From Isurus oxyrinchus (Eukaryota): DNA of 64,000 bases. The notes beneath the pieces were generated by a model. It made no database searches. It worked only from the letters and a program-made list of their open reading frames with translations, and was not told the DNA's origin. Position 1 is the first letter of the stretch, and each line of letters opens with the position of its first letter. This document shows positions 1 through 12,114 of this stretch, piece after piece. A program made the position numbers and the translations under genes. Location: positions 163,928,001-163,992,000 of the forward strand of contig JANJGN010000009.1 in NCBI GenBank assembly GCA_026770705.1, in the 5' to 3' direction.

Positions 1-446
1 ACTATATATTGTCAGTAACCTTTGAGATAAAGAAACACATTCCTTCATCTTGCTTAGCTGCCTAATTGTGAAGAGACTAAAATACTTTTGAAATCCAAAT
101 CTCCCTTCATTTATCTAAAAAGGCAAATTCCCTTTACACTTTACTTGCTAAACCAGTATCCATGTTTACTCATTAGCATGTCAAATACCTAGCTTCTTTT
201 GTTGAGTTATATCATGCCATCTACCTGATCCCAAATGTAATTAAATCTCACACAGACAGACCCAAACACTTACCCCCATAAACCGACTCCACAATAAAGC
301 AGAAAATATTATGAAAATTATTATACTTTCATGACAGTAAATTCTCCATCAATTATTTCAAAAACATTGATCACAGATATTGTCAAGAAAAACTTGCATT
401 GATGTTAAGGTCCACAGATTGAAACAAGGTGTTTTACAGATTCTAT

Positions 447-1375
447 GGGCAGAATCATCTGAGATTTGCACAAAGTGCGGTAGTGAGTGGGAAAAAGGAC
501 ATCCCGGGTGTGAAAAAACAGCACAGACCAAGACCCTGATTTCCCAGTTTTTACTGGTGTTCCATGTTAAAGTATACGAGCCCCACTCAGGCCCGTATTC
601 TTATTTCCCATCTTTTACTGTTTTTCCCTTCTGGGATATTATCCGCCGGCTGCAATGGCAGATTTTCACACCTTATTATCCTATTCCTGGCACGTCCCAC
701 CTCATTAATTATGCGTTCACTGGAAACACACCGGGTCGCTGGTGGGAAGGCCTCTGACGCGCCACCCCACCGTCACCTCAGGCCTTCATTTATCCAGACG
801 CCCTATTTAAAGGCCGTTTCTGCAGAGAGATGGCTCTCTCTCTAGGCATCAGAAACTGCTAGGAATTCATAGCTGCCAAAGGGAGGAAACATGTTGCATC
901 CAAAATTTAGCACTGCCTCCCTCAGCCTACTGGGCACTGTGAGAGCTGCCGTGAAGTCCTCTACCCCAATTCTAGGCGAAGACCAACAAGCATGGCAACA
1001 AATCTAGCATGGGAGGTGGTGGCAGCAGTGGTCAGTGCCAATGCACTGCTAAAGAGGACAGCCACCCAGCGCTGAAAGAGGATGAATGGTCACCTTCTTT
1101 CTGCTAGGTTAAATCACTTTTCTCATCACTCACAACTCAAAAACCCATCACACATTCACTGGGATCTCACTCAATACCAGTTCAAAGGACATCACCATTC
1201 TCCCTCTCACACACACCTTCCTCTGCCCTGCCGTTCCTGTCCTCATCCATGGCACCACTTACCACCCACACGTGCCGGGTGCCCTTCTCATGTGACCTGG
1301 CAGGCACCCTGCTTACGCTCTCTCCATCTGTATTCCTGCAGAACAAGCTGGATGATGTCAGGGATCTGACACTTA
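447..1375 (+). mobile_element. PIF/Harbinger transposon fragment with decayed Myb/SANT-like gene
   Basis: Begins gggcagaatc..tgcacaaagtgcggtag, the reverse complement of the 7290-7337 terminus; AWEVVAAVVSANAL..RT..Q..KRMN remnant at about 1010-1090. Confidence 0.7.
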
Positions 1376-1384
1376 CTGAGAATA

Positions 1385-2610
1385 TAGGAGTCACGGACAC
1401 TCCCTTGGAATCGCACGCAGACCCGTGGAAGCTCTTGCTGTTTGTTTAAATATTTCTTGCCATTCCATCTCATAATCATCTTTCTCCCTCTTTATTCGTT
1501 TTTTGGTCATCTGCTGCTGGTTCCTAAAAAGTTCCTAATCCTCAAGCATACCATTAGTTTTCCCCCCTTTTTATACTTTAGTTGTTGATTGGATACTCTC
1601 TCTGACTGCCGTCGTTAACCATGGGTGGTTCATCCTTCTCATCAAGTCCTTCCTTTTGAGCGGGATAAATTTTTTCTGAGCGTTATGAAATATTTACTTA
1701 AATGTCTGCCACTGCTCACCCACTGACCTTCCTGTTAGTCTATTCTCCCAGCCAACTCTTCCTTCATAACTCTGTAATTGGCCTTATTTAGGTTGAGGAC
1801 ACTGGTTTTAGAGACGAGCTGCTCACCCTCAAACAGAATTTCAAATTCTACAATGTTGTGTGATCGCTATCCCCTAGAGGATCCCTAACTACACGATCTC
1901 TTATGAATCCTACCTCATTACGCATTGCTAGATGCAAAATAGCCTGTTCCCAAGTAGGTTATGCAACATATTGCTGAAAGAAACTATCCTTGGTACACTC
2001 TACAAATTTGTCTTCCAAGTTAGCCCTGCCTATCTGATTTCTCCAGTCAATATGCAGATTAAAATAATCCATGACAATTGTAGAACCCTTCTTACATGCC
2101 TACATTATTTCCCAATTTATGCTTTGTCCTACAGTGAGCAAACTCTTTGGAGGCCCATAGATGAGTCCAACGCATGGCTCGTTCCCCTTACTAATTGTTA
2201 TTTCTACCCAAACTGATTCCACATCACGATCTATGCCAGCTATATCACCACCGCACTGATACCTTCATTTATTAACAAAGCTACCCCACCTCCTTTTCCT
2301 TTTTGCCATTTTTTTCGGATTGTCGAATACCCTTGAATATTGAATTCCCAGTCTTGGTCACCCTGCAACCATGTCTCTGTCATGGCTATCAAGTCATATC
2401 CATATATTTCTATTTGTGCCGTCAACTCATCTGCGTGCATTCAGATAACAAGCCTTAAGCTTGGATTGTTTACCATTATTGCCCATTATGGTTCTCATTT
2501 CTGCTGCACTCTTCTGCTCCTTGTCCTGCCCCTTCTCATCATACTTTGATTACCATTCGGCTCTTCACTACCCAGCACCTCTGCTCTCTCATTTCCTTTA
2601 GATGTTTTAA
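1385..2610 (-). mobile_element. CR1 LINE fragment (APE endonuclease region)
   Basis: ORF 2240..2440 DLIAMTETWLQ..GY..RK...KGGGVALLI. Confidence 0.85.
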
Positions 2611-4307
2611 ACTTCCCTTCAATTGTCCCTGTTACTATGATCCCATGTAATCCATCCATAATAGAAACATTCCATAGTTTAATCTAATCTTACAAAATAA
2701 TCGATACAAGAAAAGGAAGCGAGGAAATGAAGGCAGAATCTAACAGAGCATCAGAGATGATTGTTTGTCAACAAGAACACAAGGAGACGTAAAATTATAC
2801 AGACTGCAACAGGAGACTGAGATACAGACCCAAGAGAATTGTTACTGGAAGCAGCAATTGCACTGTATAAAATATATTTAATAAAGTAGCCACAGCAATC
2901 AATTTCTACCCATAACGCCAGTTGCAGGGGAACATTAGTTACCCATGAGAAAATGGTGTTACATCTCTTCAAGAGGGGCACAACTGATAACTTTTCCCAG
3001 CACATATGCAATGGGTGAGGAGTGTGATGTTGCCACAGCTCCAGTTCATCACATGCTTTGCCTCGATTTGCTGGCATAGCCAGAATTCTGTTCACATGTA
3101 AAATAATGCATCGTTCTCAGTCTCAATTAATCTGGTGATTTTCAGTTCCAGACACTCAACAGATCAGATCCTCAGAGCTTGACCTAAGAGGGAAAATGAA
3201 GATTCCGGGGTTACATCTACATTGATGGAATTTTTCATCCTGACAAAATATTCATTATTCGTCGAGCTTTGAATTTCTTTTAATAATTCTACAGAATAAA
3301 AATCGATTTTCTCATCAAATAATTTTGACCGTTAAATTAGTGGAGCAATCAAAAAGCAAAATGATGGCTGCGAACTTCAATTTGTATATCTACATCCTGA
3401 CAATAATTTCTCTGTTTGCTGCCTTAGTGTCTACACAACTTTATTTCTTGTTTTAAGACTATCAAATTCTTTAAGAAATAAGCAACTTGAAAGGTTCATT
3501 TATTGGAAACCAATCGCTTCATATTATGATGCAGCTGAGCTAAATGCTGAGCGGTTCAAATCCAGGAGGGAAACTTGAACCAACTGTCATAACTAACTGT
3601 TGCAATTTGTATGATTGAAGATGCAGGCTTTAAATTCAGTAGTAATAAGACGACTGAGTCTCAACAGGTTTTTATAAAACTAAATTAAACATTTATTAAT
3701 ACAAGAAAGATTGTGAGCACATGCATATGTTGACAAAATTACTACTATAATGTCTACAAAAATCCCCTAATTAATCTGGCTCCAAGTTATACCTCCGTTA
3801 AGGCATCAGTAAAACACATGGATTTAAACAGACCCTGGGCAAAGCTCACTCTGGACGGTCACATTCAAATTGAGTTTCTTTCAGCTCTGGCTCTTTGCAG
3901 ACAGCGGCTTGAGGCTTACGGACTGGAGGCTTTAGTTCTTAGAATCGCTCTCCTTTTTACCAACAGCCTTCTAATCCTTTTTACATATTTTTCTCTTTGA
4001 ATGCAATTTTCATTCTACCACTATTTCTTTTGAAATTTTAACTCTTCAAATAATAAGACACTTTCATACGACCCACTTTATTAGTAATCCTTGGGAAAAA
4101 TAAACAAACACACAGTTTCTGAGCTTCACCTGGTTAGGTGTAATATTTCACACCATCTCTGAACCCAAGGTAGGGGAGTTAGTTTAAAGAAAAAATGCAA
4201 ATTGCCCCCATATTTACCTAATTAACATTTCAATCCTATCCTTTTCTATACATCAAAGCCTCTAGACAAGCTGGCTTTAATCCAATTAGGACACACACAC
4301 ACACAGA

Positions 4308-7300
4308 GGGCAGGATTTTCCGAGCCCGCTGGCAGCAGGTGTAATAAGTGGCATGTGTGGATAATATGGTGTGAGCTGCTTCACAATGGCAGCATGAAGG
4401 CAGGTTGTGATCGTCCGCTCAGCCCACCTACAGCGGGTCGTGCTTCCCGCTATCGGTCAGCGGGGAGCTAATTGTTATACATCAGCATGTAAATAAATGG
4501 CCATCCTGCCAGGCTCTTGGAACCCGGCCGTATCCTCTGTCCACGTTAGCGGGAAAGCACGCCGACGTGATTCACAACAGCACACAGGCAATTTGTACCT
4601 GGTGGCCTTGACTCTGGGGGAAATGGGGTGAGTGAGCAGCAGCGTTCTCCACAGCTTGCCTGTTGTTTACAGGCTTCAGGGATGCCTGACCCCGGATGTG
4701 ACTGCTGAGAGGGGGGTCTCCGGGGGGGGTAAGAGCTGGCCAGCCTTGAAATGCTGAGGGCAAGGTGTCTAGTGGCAAGTGCTGGCTGCCTTGGAGGTGG
4801 ATACTGAGGGGGAGATGTCCAGGGTCATGTGATGACCAACCTCAGAGGCGAATGGTGTCGGTGGCTCCATGCTCAGGACCATCTCAGATGCAGCCATTAA
4901 ACTTAAGACGCATCTGGTGCTGCGTCCTCCTTCAGTACCTCAGCCCTTTCAGGAGCTGGTGCGCAGTATCACTGGTCACAGATGCTGGTGTGATGGGGGT
5001 CAGCCCCACCTTAAAGATGCTGAGAGCTCACAGTGAGAATGAGAGAACTCTGTGGGGCCTGCCCACTCCATTCTGGCAGCAATGCCCAGCTCCGCCGAGG
5101 TGCGGGCATCAGTAATGTGTCCAGGGAGTGTGAGGCTGGACCATCACTGTTATCTGAAGGTTGCACAGAGCACAGGGAAAAGGCCCTGGACTCATACACC
5201 TGCCCTTTATCTTGCACAGGAAGGTTTCACATCTGAGTGACAAGAACACTGCTCATCAGAACAAGGAGCCACAGGCAGGGTGACATTCTTAGGAGTTTAC
5301 TGACAATAGTGAACAATATGTACATGTGACCAACACCCGTACCCAGGCTGTGCAACTACATTTCCCTAACTTTCCTAACCCTGCCACTACATCTTGCTGC
5401 TCCCCAGACATCCACAGCAGAGGTGGAGCTAACCCGCTGCATGTGACGCCCTGTCTGTGATGACACTGGTGGGCGTCCTCTGGAGGGCTGAGACTTGGTG
5501 GGCCCCGGCCTGCTTTCGGGGTCCTGCTGTGTGGTAGTGGCCCCCTCCTCGGCCTGGGGGGCTGGAGCTGCTGAGATCCTAGGAAGAGGGGAGTCGGGTT
5601 GGCCAGTCACTCCCAGAACCTCCTGAGTCGATGGCCCCGGAGTGTGTACCTGCTGCTCCTCCTCCCTATCGGTGTCTGATGGCCCTTGGCTGACTCTGAG
5701 AGCGGAGGGTGTAGCTGGAGTGAGATTGAGCTAATTGTAACCCCTCTCTCATATACACTGTTGGAGGGTAAATATAGCATCAGCGATGGAGTTCACCATG
5801 CACAGCAGCACAGGAGTGACGTCCTGGGCCAAGGTCTCCATGGCAGCTGCCATCCTGCCAGTGTTGACCTCGGTGTATTGCAGCGCCGGAGTTATCACCT
5901 CAACCTGAAGATAGACGGACCCCTCCATCATGCCTTGCAATCTGAGGAGTGCAGCGGGCATCCCTTCCTGATGTTCCCGAGCTTGCCTTTGCAATTCCAG
6001 TAACTGTGACATGACCGAGCCCAGAGGCTGTCATCTGACTCGGACTCAGCAACATTGTGGCCTCCAGCATCCTCTGAGGGGCAGGGGACCTGGGAAGTCC
6101 CTGCCTCCACCTGCTGTAGATCAAACAGTGCGATGTGCTCCCAGATTGTGATCCTCAGGCTACTCTAAAGCTAGGTCCCACTGAGGTGTGTGTCTCTGCG
6201 CCGGCAGAGGCTGTGGGTGAGCTCTGTGACGGAACTTCAGGGAGAGTGCCTTCCGATTCCTCTTCAGAGGTTTCTTCAGGAGACCCTGGGTCATGGACTC
6301 TGTCGGCTGCTTCCCAGATGTGTCTGTGAAAGCAAGGGGAGATAATGAGTGCATGGCAGTGGCCTGTGATAAAGGACACATCACTCACAGCATGGTTATC
6401 TGATGGGTGTTGCACTGCTGGACCCTCACTTGATAGGGCAGTGCCAACCTTACCATCAGCACAGGACCGGCCCTGATCATTGCCGGTCAGCTGGATGGCT
6501 CTGCTTTCGAATTCTGTCAGAACTTTGATCTCCGGCATCCCTCCACCTGTCTCTGACCTTTCCCCCCTGTTGTGTGCCTGTTTGTCCTGTGTGGATATGG
6601 ATGGGGACAGTGTGTCAGGATGCCTGCAGGGGACAGATGATAAGTATGCCTGGCCTGTGTGGGTGGGGAGTGGTCCCGTGGATAGGGTGAGAACAATGAA
6701 GGTGTATGTGAACAGGTGAATGGTGACGTCCCATGCACTGGCAGTGAGTGAGGGCCCTGTAGATGTGTGATGGGTTTGTGAGTGTGTGAATTGGGTTTGT
6801 GAAAAGAGTGACTTACCCTGGAGGAACGGAGGAGATCATTCATCCTTTTGCGGTACTGGGTGACTGTCCTCCTCTGCAGGACGTTCACACTGACCACCGC
6901 TGCCTCCACCTCCCAAGCCGGGTTGGGTACTTTGCTGCCCACCCTGCGGTCAGAGCGTGGGGTAGAGCACATGCCGGTGCCCCTCCACGGCATCCAGCAG
7001 TCGCTTGAGGGACCCATCAATGAAGCAGGGGTCTGCAGTCTTTTTTCCCTCTGCTGGCCATGTCTCCCAGGCAGGGGTGGTGAGCTGGTGGCGATGAGTG
7101 CTTTGATGGTAGCTGCCTTTTAAAGATGGTGGCCAGCGTGATGTAACAGCGGGGTGATGGTGCGTGGGCGAATGAGAGCCCGCTTGCCATGGAAACGGTG
7201 TGTTTCACGGGGGTGAATAAATAATGAGCCGGGTTCAGGATGATATGGTGTGAAAACCCGTCATCTTCGTCGGCAGGTAGGACTCCATTTTACCCACCCG

Positions 7301-7337
7301 CTACCGCACTTAGTGCAATTCTGGGAAAATTCTGCCC
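4308..7337 (-). mobile_element. PIF/Harbinger transposon (non-autonomous, Myb/SANT-like gene relic)
   Basis: TIRs gggcaggattttc / gaaaattctgccc; inserted in a (CA)n tract; minus-strand PAWEVEAAVVSVNVLQRRTVTQYRKRMNDLLRS (Myb-like DNA-binding domain) followed by a gtaagt donor; no intact transposase seen. Confidence 0.8.
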
Positions 7338-7989
7338 ACAGATACAGACACCACTAAACTCTCATTTAAAATAATTTCCAATAACATTATAAACATTAAT
7401 ATAATGCTTCACACTTCAATAATATGTTTTACATGGGATGGAACCTTTATAACTGTAGAATGGGAGACCCACAGGTATAATAAAGAAGGTGTTTTCCTTT
7501 TAGAAACCTGATATGATCTTAATGTTATTATGTTATGATTTTTATCCATATTTTAGCAAATACAATCTACACTTGTGAGGAATTCCCTGTTTCCTAATGA
7601 CCACAAGCGCAGTTTCAAGCACGAAGCCTGATTCCCTGTTTGACCACCTCCTCTCTTGCCCCCTCCATTGCCTCTGTGCTGTCAGACTGCCTGTCCAGCT
7701 GTTTGTCCAACAGCCAGTCCCAAATTACAACTGAACATTGTGAAGACTGAAGCCACTGTCTTTGTCCCCACTACAAACACTTTTCCTTATAGCCACTGAT
7801 TCTATCCACCTCCCTGTCCAATTGAGTTTTCATCCAATGTTGTTCTTACCTACAAATTCGACTGCTCCAATACCATCCTAGTTGACCTTACATCTTCCAC
7901 CCTGAACCAACTTAAGCTCATCAAAACTTTTGCTGCCAGTTTTACGATGAGTAAGGCTCTATATCAATGCAAGTTATTGTTCTTGTGCT

Positions 7990-8475
7990 CCACACTTCCC
8001 GGTAGGAAATAACATGTTGGACCAGAAAGTGCAGGAGAGGTTTAGAGGAATATTTCCAAGAAGAAGCAACTTCAGTTACGAAGATAAATTGGAGAGATTG
8101 GGACTGTTCTCCTTGGGGAGGAGAAGGCTAAGAGGAGATTTAATCGAGGTGTTCAGAATCATGAGGGGGCTGGATAGAGTAGAGAGGGAGAAACTGTTCC
8201 CACTCGTAAAAGGGTTGAGAACAAGAGGGCACAGATTTAATGAGATTTGCAAGAGAAGCAACTGTGATGTGAGAAATGAACATTTCCACATGAGTAGCTC
8301 GAGTTTGGAAAGCGCTGCCTAGAGTGTGGTGGATGCAAGTTTAATTGAGTCTTTCAACGCAGCATTAGATTATTATTTGAATAGAAACAATGTGCAAGGA
8401 TACAGGGAAAAATCAGGAGAATGGCACGAAGTCATATTGCTCATTTAGAGAGCCAGTGCAGACACGATCGGCCAG
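7990..8475 (+). mobile_element. CR1 LINE 3' fragment
   Basis: SYEDKLERLGLFSLGRRRLRGDLIEVFRIMRG. Confidence 0.85.
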
Positions 8476-8879
8476 GTGATCTCTACTGGATTCTACTGGA
8501 CTCATCAGAAATCCAGTAGGGATTCCAGTTGCTTCAGCTAAATTGAGCTGGAACCACAGCACCTGTTCCCAATTGGACTAGGAGTCAGAGAGGGACAATG
8601 CAAGAACTGGGGCATAAACTCTCATTCAGTGGGTGGTGCAGTCTGAGGAGGACCTGAGAAGGCTTCGAGAGAAAGGTGGGAAAGTGGGAGAAAGGGAGAC
8701 AGAGTCAGAAGCATCCGTTACATTTTCCCCAGAGTTGGTCACTCTGGCAGGATCAGCATCAGCCTCAGGGAAGGAGGCAACAGTGGAGGAGACGACAGTG
8801 GCGGAGGTGGCGGTGGCGATAGCAGCGGAACTGAAGGTTGCAGTGAAGTCGGCAACAACAGTGGAGAAGGATGAGGTGG

Positions 8880-9460
8880 AGCTGGTGACTGAGGAGGCTG
8901 AGGTGGAGGCAGTGACTGAGGAGGTTGAGGTGGAGGCAGTGACTGAGGAGGCTGAGGTGGAGGTGGTGACTGAGGAGGCTGAGGTGGAGGCAGTGACTGA
9001 GGAGGCTGAGGTGTACGTGGTGACTGAGGAGGCTGAGGTGGAGGCAGTGACTGAGGAGGCTGAGGTGGACGTGGTGACTGAGGAGGCTGAGGTGGAGGCA
9101 GTGACTGAGGAGGCTGAGGAAAAGGCAGTGACTGAGGATGCTCAGGTGGAGGTGGTGGCTGAGGAGACTGAGGTGGAGGTGATGACTGAGGAGACTGAGG
9201 TGGAGGCAGTGACTGAGGAGGTTGAGGTAGAGGTGGTGACTGAGGAGGCTGAGGTGGAGGCAGTGACTGAGGAGGCTGAAGTGGAGGCAGTGACTGAGGA
9301 GGCTGAGGTGGAGGCAGTGGCTGAGGAGGCTGAGGTGGAGGCAGTGACTGAGGAGGCTGAGATGGAGGCAGTGACTGAGGAGGCTGAGGTGGAGGTGGTG
9401 CCTGAGGAGGCTGAGGTGGAGGCAGTGACTGAGGAGGCTGAGGTGGAGGTGGTTGCCGAG
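8880..9460 (+). repeat. 27-bp G-rich minisatellite (GTGACTGAGGAGGCTGAGGTGGAGGCA)n, about 21 units
   Basis: Directly visible tandem array; translates as (VTEEAEVEA)n. Confidence 0.97.
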
Positions 9461-10380
9461 GCGATGGAGGTAGTGAATGTGGGGGTGGAGGAGGAGACAT
9501 CAGCAGCGACAGCAGCAGAGACAGTGACTGAGGCTGAGGAGAGGGAGGCAGCGGCTGTGACAGTGACAGAGGGAGAAGCAGCGAAGGCGGCAGCAGCAAA
9601 GGCTGAGGCCACAGTGAGGGAGGCTGTGGAGAGGGAGCTGGAGGTGGGGCAGAGGCAGCGAGGAGACGGTACGAGACCAGGAGCAGCAACAAAACCTGCC
9701 TTGTGGTTTGTGAGGCTCAGGGCAATGGCGTCTGTGAGTTGATATCTTCCATGTGCCATGTGTGTGTCTCCGAGTCAGCGCACCGGACCACACTGCTTCT
9801 GCCCGATTAGGGCGCTTCAGTGGAGTCCGACACCAGTCCAGTGCCACCCAGCTCCCATTCCCGAGGACAGGTGATGGAACCTGCCCAGTGCCAGGATGAG
9901 CTGCTTGGTAAGATCGGGAGGTGGGAAGTAGAGAAGGCAGCCGACCAGGAAAAGCTGGAGGATATCTCCAGGATTACTGACTGTCTCCAAGAAGAAACTC
10001 TTGTAGCCTTCAGGCAGGGTATATATATGTTTATATAGCTGCAATTTACAGTTACCTGCCACATCCCTTTTAACACTTTCTAATGCAGCATCGCTCTGAT
10101 CAGAATCAGATTTATTGGGGTTGTGCAAATGTCTCCCCAGCCTCTGATATAACAATAAAAAGCTGCTTTTTCCTTTCCAGTTGCAGTAAGAGGAATGTCC
10201 CAGCCTCTCAATGTGACAGGGCAGCCCAGGACTATGTCTCTCAGTGCAACACCCAGGAACACGCACAGTGCAGCCCCCACATTGATTGTTCCAGTTGTGG
10301 GGGAAAGCGTGCATGTGGAGTAAGTGTACAATTGGGAAGATATTGATTCTCACAACATTTCCATGGCTTTAAATCAAATT

Positions 10381-10484
10381 GAGTTCTGTTGAAGGGTCAT
10401 GAGGACTCGAAACTTCAACTTTGCTCTTCTCCGCCGATGCTGACAGACCTGCTGAGTTTTTCCACTTATTTCTGTTTTTGTTTT
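10381..10484 (+). mobile_element. Short Penelope pLTR-derived insertion with hammerhead-like motif; absent from copy B
   Basis: Empty site at about 52778; GAGTT CTGTTGA A GGGTC ATGAG GACTC GAAA CTTC AACT. Confidence 0.75.
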
Positions 10485-10665
10485 ATTCTGAATGTTTTGT
10501 CTGGAGTCAATTACAAGCAGCGTAGACAATGTCTGTGTTTTAATTGTGTCTGGCTGTCCTCTTTTTTCACAATAAAATTTGCCAGGCTTTTACTCAACTT
10601 TTATTCTGAGTGTTTTTTCTGAGTTTATGGAGATATAACCTCATATTCTGCTGAAATGCACTTTA

Positions 10666-10928
10666 NNNNNNNNNNNNNNNNNNNNNNNNNNNNNNNNNNN
10701 NNNNNNNNNNNNNNNNNNNNNNNNNNNNNNNNNNNNNNNNNNNNNNNNNNNNNNNNNNNNNNNNNNNNNNNNNNNNNNNNNNNNNNNNNNNNNNNNNNNN
10801 NNNNNNNNNNNNNNNNNNNNNNNNNNNNNNNNNNNNNNNNNNNNNNNNNNNNNNNNNNNNNNNNNNNNNNNNNNNNNNNNNNNNNNNNNNNNNNNNNNNN
10901 NNNNNNNNNNNNNNNNNNNNNNNNNNNN
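10666..10928. other. Assembly gap (263 N)
   Basis: Run of n. Confidence 1.
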
Positions 10929-11149
10929 CCCACACACACACACACAAACGCAAACATATGCACACACACAAATATCCTCAATAACCCCACAAACACAGAA
11001 CGCACAGACAGCAATATCGTCAATCACCCCACACACACACACAGAAACATAAGCACACGCAGTAATATCTTCAATCATCCCCACACACACACACACATAC
11101 ACACACACACACACAAACCTAAGCGCACTCAGTAATATCCTCAATCACC

Positions 11150-11195
<46 letters not shown>

Positions 11196-11233
11196 TAAGC
11201 ACACACAGTAATATCCTCAATTACCACCCACCC

Positions 11234-11264
<31 letters not shown>

Positions 11265-11322
11265 GCACACACAAACATAAGCACACACACTAATATCCTC
11301 AATCACATACACACACACACAA
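10929..11322 (+). repeat. Compound (CA)n / AATATCCTCAATCACCCC minisatellite
   Basis: At least 6 units here versus about 1 in copy B (52960-53042). Confidence 0.9.
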
Positions 11323-12114
11323 ACATGGGAATGCGTGATTCAGTTCATTGTTGACATTCTTGATCCTCATTTGGCCCTGCAATATATCAGTGCACCAGCA
11401 ATAAACATCAACAGATAAACGGGAAAAGTAACCAGTTTGGACCAGTACTACTTACATCACCAGTATTTCTGGCTGTTCCTACTGGGCGACTGGTAATACC
11501 GCTGATATTGACAGTTTTACTGGTCCTACCTAGTTCAGAACTGGTCTTGATTTACCAGTTTGGAATTGGGATCTACTGGTGTCAGTATTGCAGGGACTTC
11601 CTTCTGGGAATGACAATAAATGAATGTGCTTCTCAACTCACTGCATTGTCAACCTGAGGTCCATTGCTTTAGACATGTAAGAGTGAAGACTTTACCCATG
11701 TGGAACAGATTGCCTTTAGAGGCCTGAGTTTCCTTCCGGTTTCAATGGTTAAAAACTTTTTGTTGTGTACAGAATGGTGAGGGTGGATGTTCAATCCTAA
11801 ATGAACGTAGTTCAGTTTCAGCGCAATTCATTAACTCCACAAATAATTTAACGGTTGATGACCAACGTAAATAAAGAGTTGAACTCTGAAAAAAATGTTT
11901 TCAAAGCTGTTGCACCTTGTCATGTAGATGGTGGCTTGAAACCACAAGAAAAATGTGCTGCTATTGTTAGGATTGAGGTGTGACAGAAAGCTGTGAATGT
12001 ACAACAGGTGTTAGTCACAAAATGAAGGGTTGTGTTTGCAAATGCGAGAAGAAGAAGAATTGCATTGTTACAGGGCAAACACGTTGGCAGTAAGTGTTTG
12101 AAGGTTAAGCAGCT

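Noticed and set aside
3147-3272. Possible terminal exon of an upstream receptor paralog (acceptor-like ttccag, ENEDSGVT)
   Set aside because: Stops in all frames shortly after the acceptor and no tyrosine motif; unsupported.
8633-9759. Long ORFs on both strands (Glu-rich 369 aa, Pro/Gln-rich 317 aa, Ser/Thr mucin-like 205 aa) as host protein genes
   Set aside because: The 27-bp unit has no stop in several frames, so long ORFs are expected. The copy-B array has an in-frame TAG (about 51761), and no convincing start or splice context was seen.
10625-11144. ORFs spanning the N run
   Set aside because: Artefacts of the assembly gap and the CA microsatellite.
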